Shown here: piece after piece, positions 48,613 through 56,949 of the stretch
How the letters are laid out: the number at the start of each line of letters is the position of its first letter
How positions within the stretch are numbered: position 1 is the first letter of the stretch
Source: a virus
Taxonomy: Duplodnaviria > Caudoviricetes
Direction: 5' to 3' (one strand)
Virus record (IMG/VR): IMGVR_UViG_3300009678_000061
Location: 5,364-69,363 of that record
Length of the DNA stretch: 64,000 nucleotides
Position numbers and translations under genes: made by a program
The notes under the pieces: model-generated
What the model was told of the DNA's origin: nothing
Database searches by the model: none
Seen by the model: the letters and a program-made list of their open reading frames with translations, nothing else

Positions 48613-49219
48613 GAGATCCTCCCTGCAAACTCCCTCAGCCGCTTGGCGATCTCCGCCTCAGGCATCAGCCATAGCGAGGCCCCGACCGCCGCTTGCAGCA
48701 GCTCCCGCGCGGCGTCGGTACCTTGCGGCAGGTTGCGGCTCTCGCGGATCAGCTTGCAGCACTTGCCGGTGCCGTCGACTTCGACGACCGCGGCGCAGGC
48801 TTGGGCTTCGTCGGGGGTTAGCATGCTTGCGATTCCTTTGCCAGTCGCCGTCGTTCCTTCAGCCGCTCGCGCATCGCTATCCACCGCTTGGCATCTTCGC
48901 CGGGCGTGTACTCGTCCGTGTCGCTGTCGTACTCGGAATCGTCCGCGATGCACTCGTCGAGGTATTGCTGCCAACTCAGCGGCCCCAGTTGCACCTCGTG
49001 CGCCTTGCCGAATTCATTTCGGTCCACATCACACGCCATGCAGCACTTCTCGTAGTTGGCATCGCCCATGAATACGTCGAAGTGGTCAACGTACTTTTCG
49101 CCCGGCTGGATCTTGCCGCCGCATGAGCTGCACTTGTGCTGCTTGCGCGCCGTGCGTTCGGTTTCATTCCAGATGGTGCAGTATTCGTCGAAGTCAATCA
49201 CGCACATGGTTCTCTCCAA
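48609..49219 (-). other. Two hypothetical ORFs (48609-48824; 48818-49219 Zn finger ARKQHKCSSC)
   Basis: Coupled ORFs. Confidence 0.55.
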
Positions 49220-49260
49220 AACAAGCCCGGCTTAGATACTCACCACCGGGCGAGGCTTTC

Positions 49261-49479
49261 CTAACCGGCTTCATGCCCGCCGCTAACTCCGGCGGCTCCA
49301 TCCGATGCGTCTCCACACGCAGCGGTCCTGTCGTGATTCAACTCGCGCCGCAAGACGCTCAGGTCTCGCGGGGCTTGCACGCCGATTCGCACCCGGTCGC
49401 CCTGGATGCGCACGACGCAAATCGAAATATGGCTTCCGATGTCGATGAATTCCCCGGTACGACGCGATAAAACTAAGAT
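49261..49479 (-). CDS. csrA: Carbon storage regulator CsrA homologue (72 aa), apparent ATC start
   Basis: Translated by hand: (I/M)LVLSRRTGEFIDIGSHISICVVRIQGDRVRIGVQAPRDLSVLRREL; AGGAGG lies 6 nt upstream. Confidence 0.85.
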   Translation of the reverse strand: MLVLSRRTGEFIDIGSHISICVVRIQGDRVRIGVQAPRDLSVLRRELNHDRTAACGDASDGAAGVSGGHEAG

Positions 49480-50219
49480 GGGACACCTCCTTGCGATGGA
49501 AAATTGAGCGATGCAAACTCTCCGTACACCGTGCTGGCGGCAGCGTCATATGCCTTAGCAGCGGCAACCTCATCTGTGAACATTCCCAGGTGGATCGGCT
49601 TCTTGTCCTTGTGCAGACACGCTCGCCACTTGGCGCATTTTGAATTGAAGTGGACGCCCTTGAACTTCGATGTTTTCGCGTCACGTCGCTTGCGAGTGTT
49701 TCGCATCTGCTGAACGCGGGTCGCCCAGCGGCAGTTATCCGGCTCATAATTGCCGTTCACATCCTTACGGTCGATTTCGAGATTCTCCGCGTAGCCGTTC
49801 GCATTGGCCCAATCGCGGAACGCCTCGAAACTAGCCTCCCACTCAGGACAGACACGGATTCCACGCCCACCGTAATACTCGTAAGCCTGCGATGTCTCGC
49901 AATTGCACCTGTTTTTCATGTGGCACCAAATGCCATGCAATCGCGTTTTCGATTCTCCGTGGGTCTGAATATGCGATCCGATCTCAGTCGCCGCACACTC
50001 TCTTGAGCAATAAATACGCTCTGCGCTTGGCGAGAATCCAAACTCGCGTCCGCATGCCTTACAGGTTGCCTTAGACGGAGGATGTACACACTTGCGAGAG
50101 CAGTATTTGGCCGTTGCAAGACGCCCAACATGCACCGAGAATGGCGAACCGCACCGCTGGCAGGTTGTCTCAACCTGGGGATTCCGCTTGCGTTCTGAAA
50201 ACAGCATTGTCTGTCTCAT
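49473..50219 (-). CDS. HNH-AP2 endonuclease with N-terminal Zn fingers
   Basis: YYGGRGIRVC.EW, IDRKD.NGNYEP.NCRWAT..Q..N, then AP2-like SKFKGV...WRA...HLG.F..E..AA.AYD. Confidence 0.9.
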   Translation of the reverse strand: MRQTMLFSERKRNPQVETTCQRCGSPFSVHVGRLATAKYCSRKCVHPPSKATCKACGREFGFSPSAERIYCSRECAATEIGSHIQTHGESKTRLHGIWCHMKNRCNCETSQAYEYYGGRGIRVCPEWEASFEAFRDWANANGYAENLEIDRKDVNGNYEPDNCRWATRVQQMRNTRKRRDAKTSKFKGVHFNSKCAKWRACLHKDKKPIHLGMFTDEVAAAKAYDAAASTVYGEFASLNFPSQGGVPS

Positions 50220-50976
50220 GCGGATTCCTCCAACAGCGACCTCTGCACGACGGGCGGCGGCTCAGCGTCGATGTGCATTACGATTCCCGTGATGTAGCTG
50301 GACCACGCCCACCCTCTGACTTGCTTCAGCGACTCAACGAAATTCTCGCGCGGAAATATGGCGGCAAGCGACATTAGCGCGCGAACGACGTTTAGCATCG
50401 CGCCGGCTTCATCTTGGCATTTCGCTGCCGCTTGCAGTGCTTCAAGTGCGGCGGACGAATCACAGGTCGATTCATTTAGGGCTACGACGGGCGATTCCTT
50501 TTTCAGAGACCAAATTGCGAATAGGCAGTTGAGCGTTGCATATGGGCAGTGGATCGCCGGGCATTCTTCAGCCAGTCGCAGCGAATTGATTGCCATTCGG
50601 ATGCTGCTGTGCGCAGACTTGAGACCGGGCTTTTCGTATTTGCGAGGTCCAATCGCGTCGATGAGAAACGCCGATGGAGATTCTCTGGTGCGAGCATCGA
50701 TAAGCACAAACTCGTTGTCCATCACATGCGACTCGAATGGTTTCCAGTAATCCATCACGCCGCCCCCATCGCCGCGTCCAATCTCTCGCCAATCTCAATA
50801 CACTCAGCATCGCCCACCATGTAAAGTTCCCGACAGGTTGTCGCCGCTGCTTCGCGCATGTTCTCCCGTTCGGTCAACAGCTCGCGGATCATGGCGGTGG
50901 CTTCGTGCAGGTTTGAGTCGGGCACGAATTCGCGCTGCGTCCACGAGAGGATTTCGGTTAGGCGTTCGGGTGTCAT
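50216..50976 (-). other. Two hypothetical ORFs (50216-50758; 50755-50976)
   Basis: Coupled ORFs. Confidence 0.5.
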
Positions 50977-51242
50977 GTCAGCGACTCCCGAAGTGCTTCG
51001 ACACAAAATGAGTTCAGCGACTTCCCGGATTTCGATGCGGCACGCCGGAGCGCATTGTGTAATTCCGAATTAGTTCGCACGGTAATCATGTTTGTTGGGA
51101 GAACCTTTTTCGGTCGCTGCGCATCGTCTGGAATCACCCACCGATGGCCATTCCGTTTAGCGGGAACTAGCCCGGCCTCTATCCACTTGCAGACGGCATC
51201 TCTGGTAACGCCATGCTTGGCGGCAAATTGTATGGTGTTCAT
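50973..51242 (-). CDS. Excisionase-like HTH fused to ribbon-helix-helix domain
   Basis: FAAKHGVTRDAVCKWIEAGLVPAKR.G.RWVIP plus ITVRTNSELHNALRRAA..GKSLN..VEAL. Confidence 0.7.
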   Translation of the reverse strand: MNTIQFAAKHGVTRDAVCKWIEAGLVPAKRNGHRWVIPDDAQRPKKVLPTNMITVRTNSELHNALRRAASKSGKSLNSFCVEALRESLT

Positions 51243-53268
51243 TCGCAGATCCTTATAACAATCGGTTCAGACTCCAGCTCGTCGACCAGCAGCACCGACA
51301 GCGGATAGCCGGTGTCGATGATGCTCAGCACGTCCAGGGCGGGTACGAGCCGCTCGAGCTCGGCGTCTGCCAGGGCGTTGATGCGGGCGTTGTATTCGGA
51401 TTCGGTCATCAGTTTCGTCCAGCCCTGCGACTTGCCAGCGAGCATTGCAGGTGCTCAATTGCCCGCTCCATTGCGTACTCTTGCAATTCAGGTTCGGGGA
51501 CATTGACCCAGAGCGAACAATCGTCCACGCCTTCACGCTGAATAATTCCGACCGTAACCAGCGCGACGCAGTTATCCGCCGCTACCTCGTGGGTAACTCC
51601 AATCGACTCTTGCACGTCGTCCGGTATGTCGTCCATTTCGTTCATGCGTTTCGCTCCCTCACGCACCCAAGCCAGGTAATCGCCGCGACGCAAAGGGCAC
51701 AGAATCCGATAGCGGAGAGCATGGTCATACTCCTTAAATTGCCGTCTCTCCGGCTGTCACGCTTCCCGCTCGCGAGTCGGGGTTATGGTCTTGCGTCCAC
51801 CTGTGCCCATTGCCATACGCTCAATACCATGCTCGGCATAACGCCAGTGGTTCCCCGCACGGGCCGGACGGGGTATGAATGACGCCTCAAGACGCCTTTT
51901 GTTTCACAATCTCCTCAATCGCCAGAGTGATCCTCGCTCGTGTGGTCGGGTCGCTCTTGAGCGCGTTGACTTGCTTTTCCATTTCGCCGCCGAAACGGTC
52001 AATCAGCAACTTCGCCATCTTGGAGCGAACCGCGATACGGACCTCATCGCGAAAACCTTGGTCGCTCACGCACGATGCAATCGCCTCTTCAAGCAGCCCA
52101 CGGAACTCGTTCGTCTTGGCGGCAACCACATCAGACAGAACCTTGTGAAGCGGACTGTGATACTGGTTTTCCAGCATTGAACTCACGCCCTTGCGAATGC
52201 CGTCCCGCACGGCGTTCAGAATCTCTTGATCGAAGTCCATTTGATTCCCTTTCGTGTTCATTGCTCCAAAGCCTCCCGAACCTGCCGCAGCGTCAGCCCG
52301 CAAGCCGCCGCCAATTGCGATTCCCGGCCCGTGCCGATGCCAAGCCGTGGCCTGCCCAGCCAGGGCTGCGATCTTGTCCGCAGGTTCGCACGTGGAATCC
52401 TCAGCAGCTTGCCGTCACGCTGCACTGTTCCGTAACAGGCTGTGTATCGCACGAGCCGGCCGTTGCGGGCCGGGTTCGTGCGGTCGTGGGCAAGTTGGCC
52501 GAGTTTCATGGGGTCGTCCGCGCACAGCTTGTGCAATAGGGTCCGGTCGGTTCCTTGCTCGGCTCGTGAACCCAAACGACGATCATCCGGCTTCGTCCGC
52601 AGCGCACGCATTCGCTAGCAAAGCGTTGGTTGGCAATACGCTGGCTGGCGAGGTAGAAGTCCACGGCGTTTCCTAATTCTTCGCAGGTCGATTCAATGTC
52701 GTCGTCGTCGGCTTTGATCCAGGCAACAGCGGCGTCGATGACTCGTTGGCCGCTCATGCGCGCTGGTTCCGTCGGCGCAGGCGAGTCTTGCCTGGCTTGC
52801 GTCCGCCTTCCGGCAACGACGTGGCTCGCATGCGCTTGCCGCCAGCCTGAACACGCACGCCGCGACCCGGCTTTCCTTCAACGCTATCCGAGAAGATCGG
52901 CGCGTTGCTCACCAAGTAATAGCCCTTGCCTTTGACTTCGCAGGTTGTGAATTTTCCAAGTAGCATCCGGTTCTCCTTGTCGTTATTGCACGTCACGCAT
53001 CCACCCATCCCTTCCCCGGCACGCTCACGTCCCCGCACGCTTCCCGGATACGGGCGGACAGCGCCACCATGCCGACCACGCCGATGTGATGGTCCCGGTA
53101 CATTTGCATGGCCGCGCGCAGGGCTTCGGCTTTGTCGGCGCGGCGGAAGCGGACGTAATAGTTCCACTCGTGAATCTGATGATGCGCGGTCAGGATTTCG
53201 TTGCCGTCTCCGTCGCCTCCGAAACGGGGGCCGATTGGCAGGCACGGTGCGTCGATGGTTTGGGGCAT
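51239..53268 (-). other. Small early hypotheticals (51239-51409; 51409-51645; 51887-52240; 52258-52509; 52506-52757; 52754-52966; 52993-53268)
   Basis: Mostly coupled ORFs. Confidence 0.5.
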
Positions 53269-53273
53269 GGCTT

Positions 53274-53338
53274 GTCTTGTCGAATCGAGTCGAATTGAGT
53301 TGAGTCGAGTGATGCCCTGTCACTGCGCGTCAAGTCTT
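53274..53338. repeat. 5-bp periodic tract (13 pentamers, (G/A)TYNN)
   Basis: gtctt gtcga atcga gtcga attga gttga gtcga gtgat gccct gtcac tgcgc gtcaa gtctt. Confidence 0.85.
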
Positions 53339-53567
53339 GCTCCCGTTGGTCATCAGCTTGATAACCGCGTCACTTTCAACGGCGTGAAAGTTCGGATGCC
53401 CCGACAACTTCTTCCGGGCAGCGCCGCCGCTGGCCGTGCGAATCAGTCCGGCGAGGCACAAATTCAGGTTGTGCTCAACGCGCTGTTCGTCGCTGAGTTT
53501 CTTCGGTTACGCGCCGGCCGAACATCAGGTCGCTAACGCCAGTGATCTTGAAAGTGCACAAAAGCAT
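53330..53567 (-). pseudogene. Broken ORF between pentamer tracts (two reading frames offset by +1)
   Basis: MLLCTFKITGVSDLMFGRRVTE (RBS AGGAG, start 53567), then in another frame KKLSDEQRVEHNLNL...TNGSKT* (stop 53330). Confidence 0.6.
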
Positions 53568-53582
53568 TTGGTTCTCCTGGGA

Positions 53583-54055
53583 AAAATCTAGTCTCGCCCC
53601 GTTGAGTCACGTTGGGTTAAGTTCGGTCTAGTTCGGGCTGGTCCTGCCGTGTTACGTCCAGTCGTGTCGCGCTCTTGTTTGCCTCTGCTTTGATCCTGTC
53701 TAGTCGCGCCGCGTCGAATCGAATCCAGTTGGGACTTGTGACGTTCGGTCGGCCGAGTCGCGTGCTGTCCAGTCTTGTTCGTGAATCCTCTGCTGTGATC
53801 CGGTCTCGTCAGGTTGTGTTACGTGCTGTCATGAGTCTGGCCTCGTCGAATCGCGTCGTGTCATTTCTTTGATCCTCTGCTGTGATCCCGTCTCGCCAAG
53901 TCGTGTTGAGCCTAGTCGCGTCCAGTGTTGTGATGCCAAGTCCAGCCTAGTCTCGTTCGTGGCCTCCACTGTGTTCTGGTCTCGCCTTGCCGAGTCGATT
54001 CGTGACGAATCGCGTGTCGCCTTGCCATGTCCTTGCGCGTCGTGTCTTGCCGCGT
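53583..54055. repeat. Array of five ~87-105 bp units of 5-bp-periodic sequence separated by a conserved box CCTCTGCT(G/T)TGATCC
   Basis: Boxes at 53682, 53787, 53874 and a degenerate one at 53963; G at every fifth base from 53591 to 53671. Confidence 0.9.
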
Positions 54056-54244
54056 TAAATGCCAGCCCTTGCAATCAGGGCATTTGTAGAATTGCAGCCG
54101 CAGAGAATCGGCAGCACTGATCGCTTCGCCTTCCGATGCGTAACGCACCTTCGGCGTGCATCCCTTAGCGCGGCGGCGGGCTTTGATGCCAACGGCTCGC
54201 CGCTGCTTTGCTCGCGCTGCTCGTGCGTGTGGAGTGTGCTTCAT
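53912..54244 (-). CDS. Small basic protein (YKCPDCKGWHLT) whose frame reads on into the array
   Basis: The Y..E.EA...Y.C..C.GWHL pattern ends near 54055. Confidence 0.55.
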   Translation of the reverse strand: MKHTPHARAARAKQRRAVGIKARRRAKGCTPKVRYASEGEAISAADSLRLQFYKCPDCKGWHLTRQDTTRKDMARRHAIRHESTRQGETRTQWRPRTRLGWTWHHNTGRD

Positions 54245-54331
54245 GCGAATGCCGCGCGGCCCAGCCGCGGAAAATTTTGCGGGCTTCGTGCTCAGAGGCG
54301 AGCTAGAAGCCAGTGCTCATCACACTGGCGA

Positions 54332-54360
54332 TTTATACACTTGCGTAAGTAGCAAGTCAA
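54332..54360 (-). promoter_or_regulatory. Strong leftward early promoter with operator
   Basis: TTGACT-17-TATAAA; palindrome ACTTGC-N7-GCAAGT at 54339-54357. Confidence 0.75.
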
Positions 54361-54364
54361 GCGA

Positions 54365-54667
54365 TTAGGCAGGAATTTTTTCCGGGGCGGAAAGTAAAGC
54401 CTCTGGCGTGGTTTCCAGGGCTTCCGCCAAGAGGGCGAGCGTGCTGATAATCGGCACGCGCTCGCCTTGCTCAAGAGCGCTGATGTAGGGGAAGTGTACC
54501 CGCTCTGTATTCCGATCCTTGCGCGGCTTGTGCCGCTCGTTGCGCTCTCGCAACTCATTCAGCCGGGCGGCAAGGTCGGTTTGGGTAAGCCCCAATTCCT
54601 TGCGACGCGCACGAAGATTCTGCCTGAAGAGTTCATTCAATTCGGATGGTTGCACATCGCCTTCCAT
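54365..54667 (-). CDS. XRE-family HTH repressor or Cro-like protein
   Basis: LRARRKELGLTQTDLA...YISALEQGERVP.ISTL..LAEAL. Confidence 0.85.
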   Translation of the reverse strand: MEGDVQPSELNELFRQNLRARRKELGLTQTDLAARLNELRERNERHKPRKDRNTERVHFPYISALEQGERVPIISTLALLAEALETTPEALLSAPEKIPA

Positions 54668-54673
54668 GCAGGT

Positions 54674-54702
54674 ACTATATACACCTGCGTAAATTGTTGC
54701 AA
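54674..54702 (-). promoter_or_regulatory. Promoter of the HTH gene (near-leaderless)
   Basis: TTGCAA-17-TATAGT, 6 nt before the ATG; shares TATACACYTGCGTAA with 54334-54348. Confidence 0.65.
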
Positions 54703-54760
54703 TTCATAAAATCGTCCTCAACACACGAACCAAACAATCGCAGCCCCGCTTCCCACACTC

Positions 54761-55009
54761 ATGCGTCAAAAAGGTGAAAAGATGATTCGCTACTTCCAAT
54801 CGCTTGAAGGCCATGAGTCGCCAGTTGCCAGCGCCGAGATTCGCGAAGACACGGTGACTCTCCGCCTCGGTGAGCAGGCCGTTTCCGTTCGCTCACGAGA
54901 CGAAGCAGAAGCGTTGTGCGAGGCGGCACGCTATGCATTTTCGGTGTTCTCCGGTTCGTCCAGAGACGAAGTAGCGGAACTGTTGCCTCCGGATTCCAAG
55001 ATCGCTTGA
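54761..55009 (+). CDS. Hypothetical protein, divergent from the HTH gene
   Basis: Protein-like ORF on the + strand. Confidence 0.5.
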   Translation: MRQKGEKMIRYFQSLEGHESPVASAEIREDTVTLRLGEQAVSVRSRDEAEALCEAARYAFSVFSGSSRDEVAELLPPDSKIA

Positions 55010-55221
55010 GCCACACAGAGCACGGCCCGCACGAGCAGGTCATCTTCGTTCGGACGGCCGCGAAGTTTTTGCCGCACAGACTCGATTTGTTCAGCAGCAT
55101 TTTTCGACATTGATTAGACCTCACTGAAAACGGACTGACGGCATCGACGCCCAACCCCGGCCGGACGGCCGCGGCTTCTCCCGCTTCTGCGGTGGGCGTA
55201 TTGTTTTTCATAAATCACCAG

Positions 55222-55295
55222 TGGGCGATACTGGACTCGGACCAGTGACCTTCGGCTTGTCGAGCCGACGCTCTAACCAACTGAGCTAATCGCCC
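55222..55295 (-). tRNA. tRNA-Val(GAC), 74 nt, no encoded CCA, non-canonical C33 and C55
   Basis: Full cloverleaf: GGGCGAT/ATCGCCC, GCTC/GAGC, TCGGC-TCGACAA-GCCGA, ACTGG-TCCGAGT-CCAGT. Confidence 0.88.
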
Positions 55296-55442
55296 TATGG
55301 ACTCGCGGCTTGTCGAGCTGCGAACCCCTAGAACGGGTTAGAATTTGCCGGTCGCAAAGGAAATCGGATAGCGCGGCTGCGGTATCGAAGGACCGCTGTA
55401 CGGAGTGCCGATCAAAACTCTTGCCGGGCAAGGGCGACACTC

Positions 55443-56285
55443 ATGCTGCTATCCACGCTGTTGCGGGATTATCTTTCCGCGCGCGAAGTCTCGCGCGAGT
55501 ACGGAAAATCTCTAACCGCCGTGGTGCTGGAATTCGGCCGCTGGCTCAAGCGTTCCGCACGGGTGAGCGACTTCAGCGATGCGAAGGTCAACGCCTGGCT
55601 GACAGCCCTCGTGTCGGCCAACGGGCGCAGCAGATCCACGCTTGCCAACAAGCGCCGGCAGTTGCTCACGCTCTGGCGTTATGCGTGGCAGGAAGAGCAC
55701 GCCAAGCAGCCGCCGCGAAAGGTGCGGCGCATCAGCGTTCCGGCGCCGTCGCCGGCAGCCTGGGACACCCCGGAGCTTCGCCGGGTCATTGCTGCGGCGC
55801 GCTGCGTGCCGGGCAAGTTCCGCCGAACGAAAATCGAGCGGGCGAAATTCTGGGAGGCGTTCGTGCGGGTCGGCTACAGCAGCGGATTAAGACTTGGCGA
55901 TTTGGTCCGCCTGCGATGGGAGCAGATTCGCGCCAACGGCATCGCCGTGGTGAGCCAGCACAAGACCGGGAACCTCGTGCTATGTCCGCTGGATGCCTCT
56001 GCGCTGGCGGCGCTCGAGGGAATCCGCTTGCCGCATCGGTCGCGAGTATTCGGCGACTGCTTGAACCGGCGCCGGACCATGAAGGGCTTTATCGCAATCG
56101 TGCGCGCCGCCGGGTTGACGGGCGGGAGCAAGATGCTCAGGCGAAGTGGGGCAACAGCAGTGGCGATTGCGTCGCCGGGCTGGGAGTCGGCGTTCCTGGG
56201 GCACGTCGATCAACGCACGGCGCGGCACTACGTGGATCGCGCCATGTGCCAGCAGCGGAAGCCCACGCCGCCGCCGATTGATTGA
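55443..56285 (+). CDS. int: Tyrosine recombinase / integrase
   Basis: GLRLGDL (Arg), QHKTG (Lys), KMLRRS (the HxLR His is Lys), FLGH, RHY; N-terminal SAM-like domain. Confidence 0.88.
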   Translation: MLLSTLLRDYLSAREVSREYGKSLTAVVLEFGRWLKRSARVSDFSDAKVNAWLTALVSANGRSRSTLANKRRQLLTLWRYAWQEEHAKQPPRKVRRISVPAPSPAAWDTPELRRVIAAARCVPGKFRRTKIERAKFWEAFVRVGYSSGLRLGDLVRLRWEQIRANGIAVVSQHKTGNLVLCPLDASALAALEGIRLPHRSRVFGDCLNRRRTMKGFIAIVRAAGLTGGSKMLRRSGATAVAIASPGWESAFLGHVDQRTARHYVDRAMCQQRKPTPPPID

Positions 56286-56949
56286 CAGCCAGCCGCCACG
56301 TCCGCGGCAGGACTGGTGACAGCCCGACGTGCTTTTCAGGATCGGCTCAAGCCCACCGCCACCGCCTGCCGATAACCTCGGCCATGCGAGCCCGAGCCGC
56401 GCTACTGCTCTGCGATTCCGCCACCGTCGTGCTGCTATTCGCGGCTGGCGTGTTCGCGCTCAAGGACTTGGTGTTTGAGGGCACCGTCTGCTACGCGCTG
56501 TCGGCGCTCAACTGCGCGGCGGGACGGATGCTGGTGCTGCTGCCGGGTGAGCCGTGGTGGCGGGATTGGCGTCGGGGGTAGGGGGCTGGTAAAATGCCGG
56601 CATGGAATCCGTCACCGTCCGCCTGACGTTCGGCAGCTTCACCACAATCCACGGCGACCACTGCGCGCTATCGCTGCTGGCGAGTGACGACGGCATGGTG
56701 ACCGTTTACCTGGAGGTCGGCGGCCACCAGTTGCATTTGAGCGCGGAAGATTGGGAGCGGCTCAAATCAATGGTAATCGACTGCGAAGCCGGCCTCGCTC
56801 AGATTGCCGAAACCGGCGTGCTCAAGGTGGCAATCGCCGACGTAGCGCCATACCGCAAGGCTGATCTGCTAAAGGGGCTGGACCTGCCGAAGGGCAAGCC
56901 GCTGCCACATCCGTATGACGAGATTTTCCCGATTGAACCGCCGCTCTAG
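56282..56949 (+). other. Two small ORFs after the integrase (56282-56581 hydrophobic; 56602-56949)
   Basis: Same strand as the integrase; converge on the tail operon. Confidence 0.45.

Noticed and set aside
53583-54055. CRISPR array or TIGR array
   Set aside because: The constant box is only ~15 bp, the spacers are themselves periodic, unit lengths of 87-105 do not fit CRISPR or the 36-nt TIGR unit, and no Cas or Nop-domain gene is visible
53675-54120. Protein-coding ORFs across the pentamer array (53675-53872, 53829-54074, 53869-54120)
   Set aside because: Low-complexity S/R/V or T/R/D translations are a by-product of the period-5 DNA; no RBS support
55310-56281. 323-aa + strand ORF overlapping the integrase
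   Set aside because: Alternate frame without motifs; the integrase frame carries the catalytic residues
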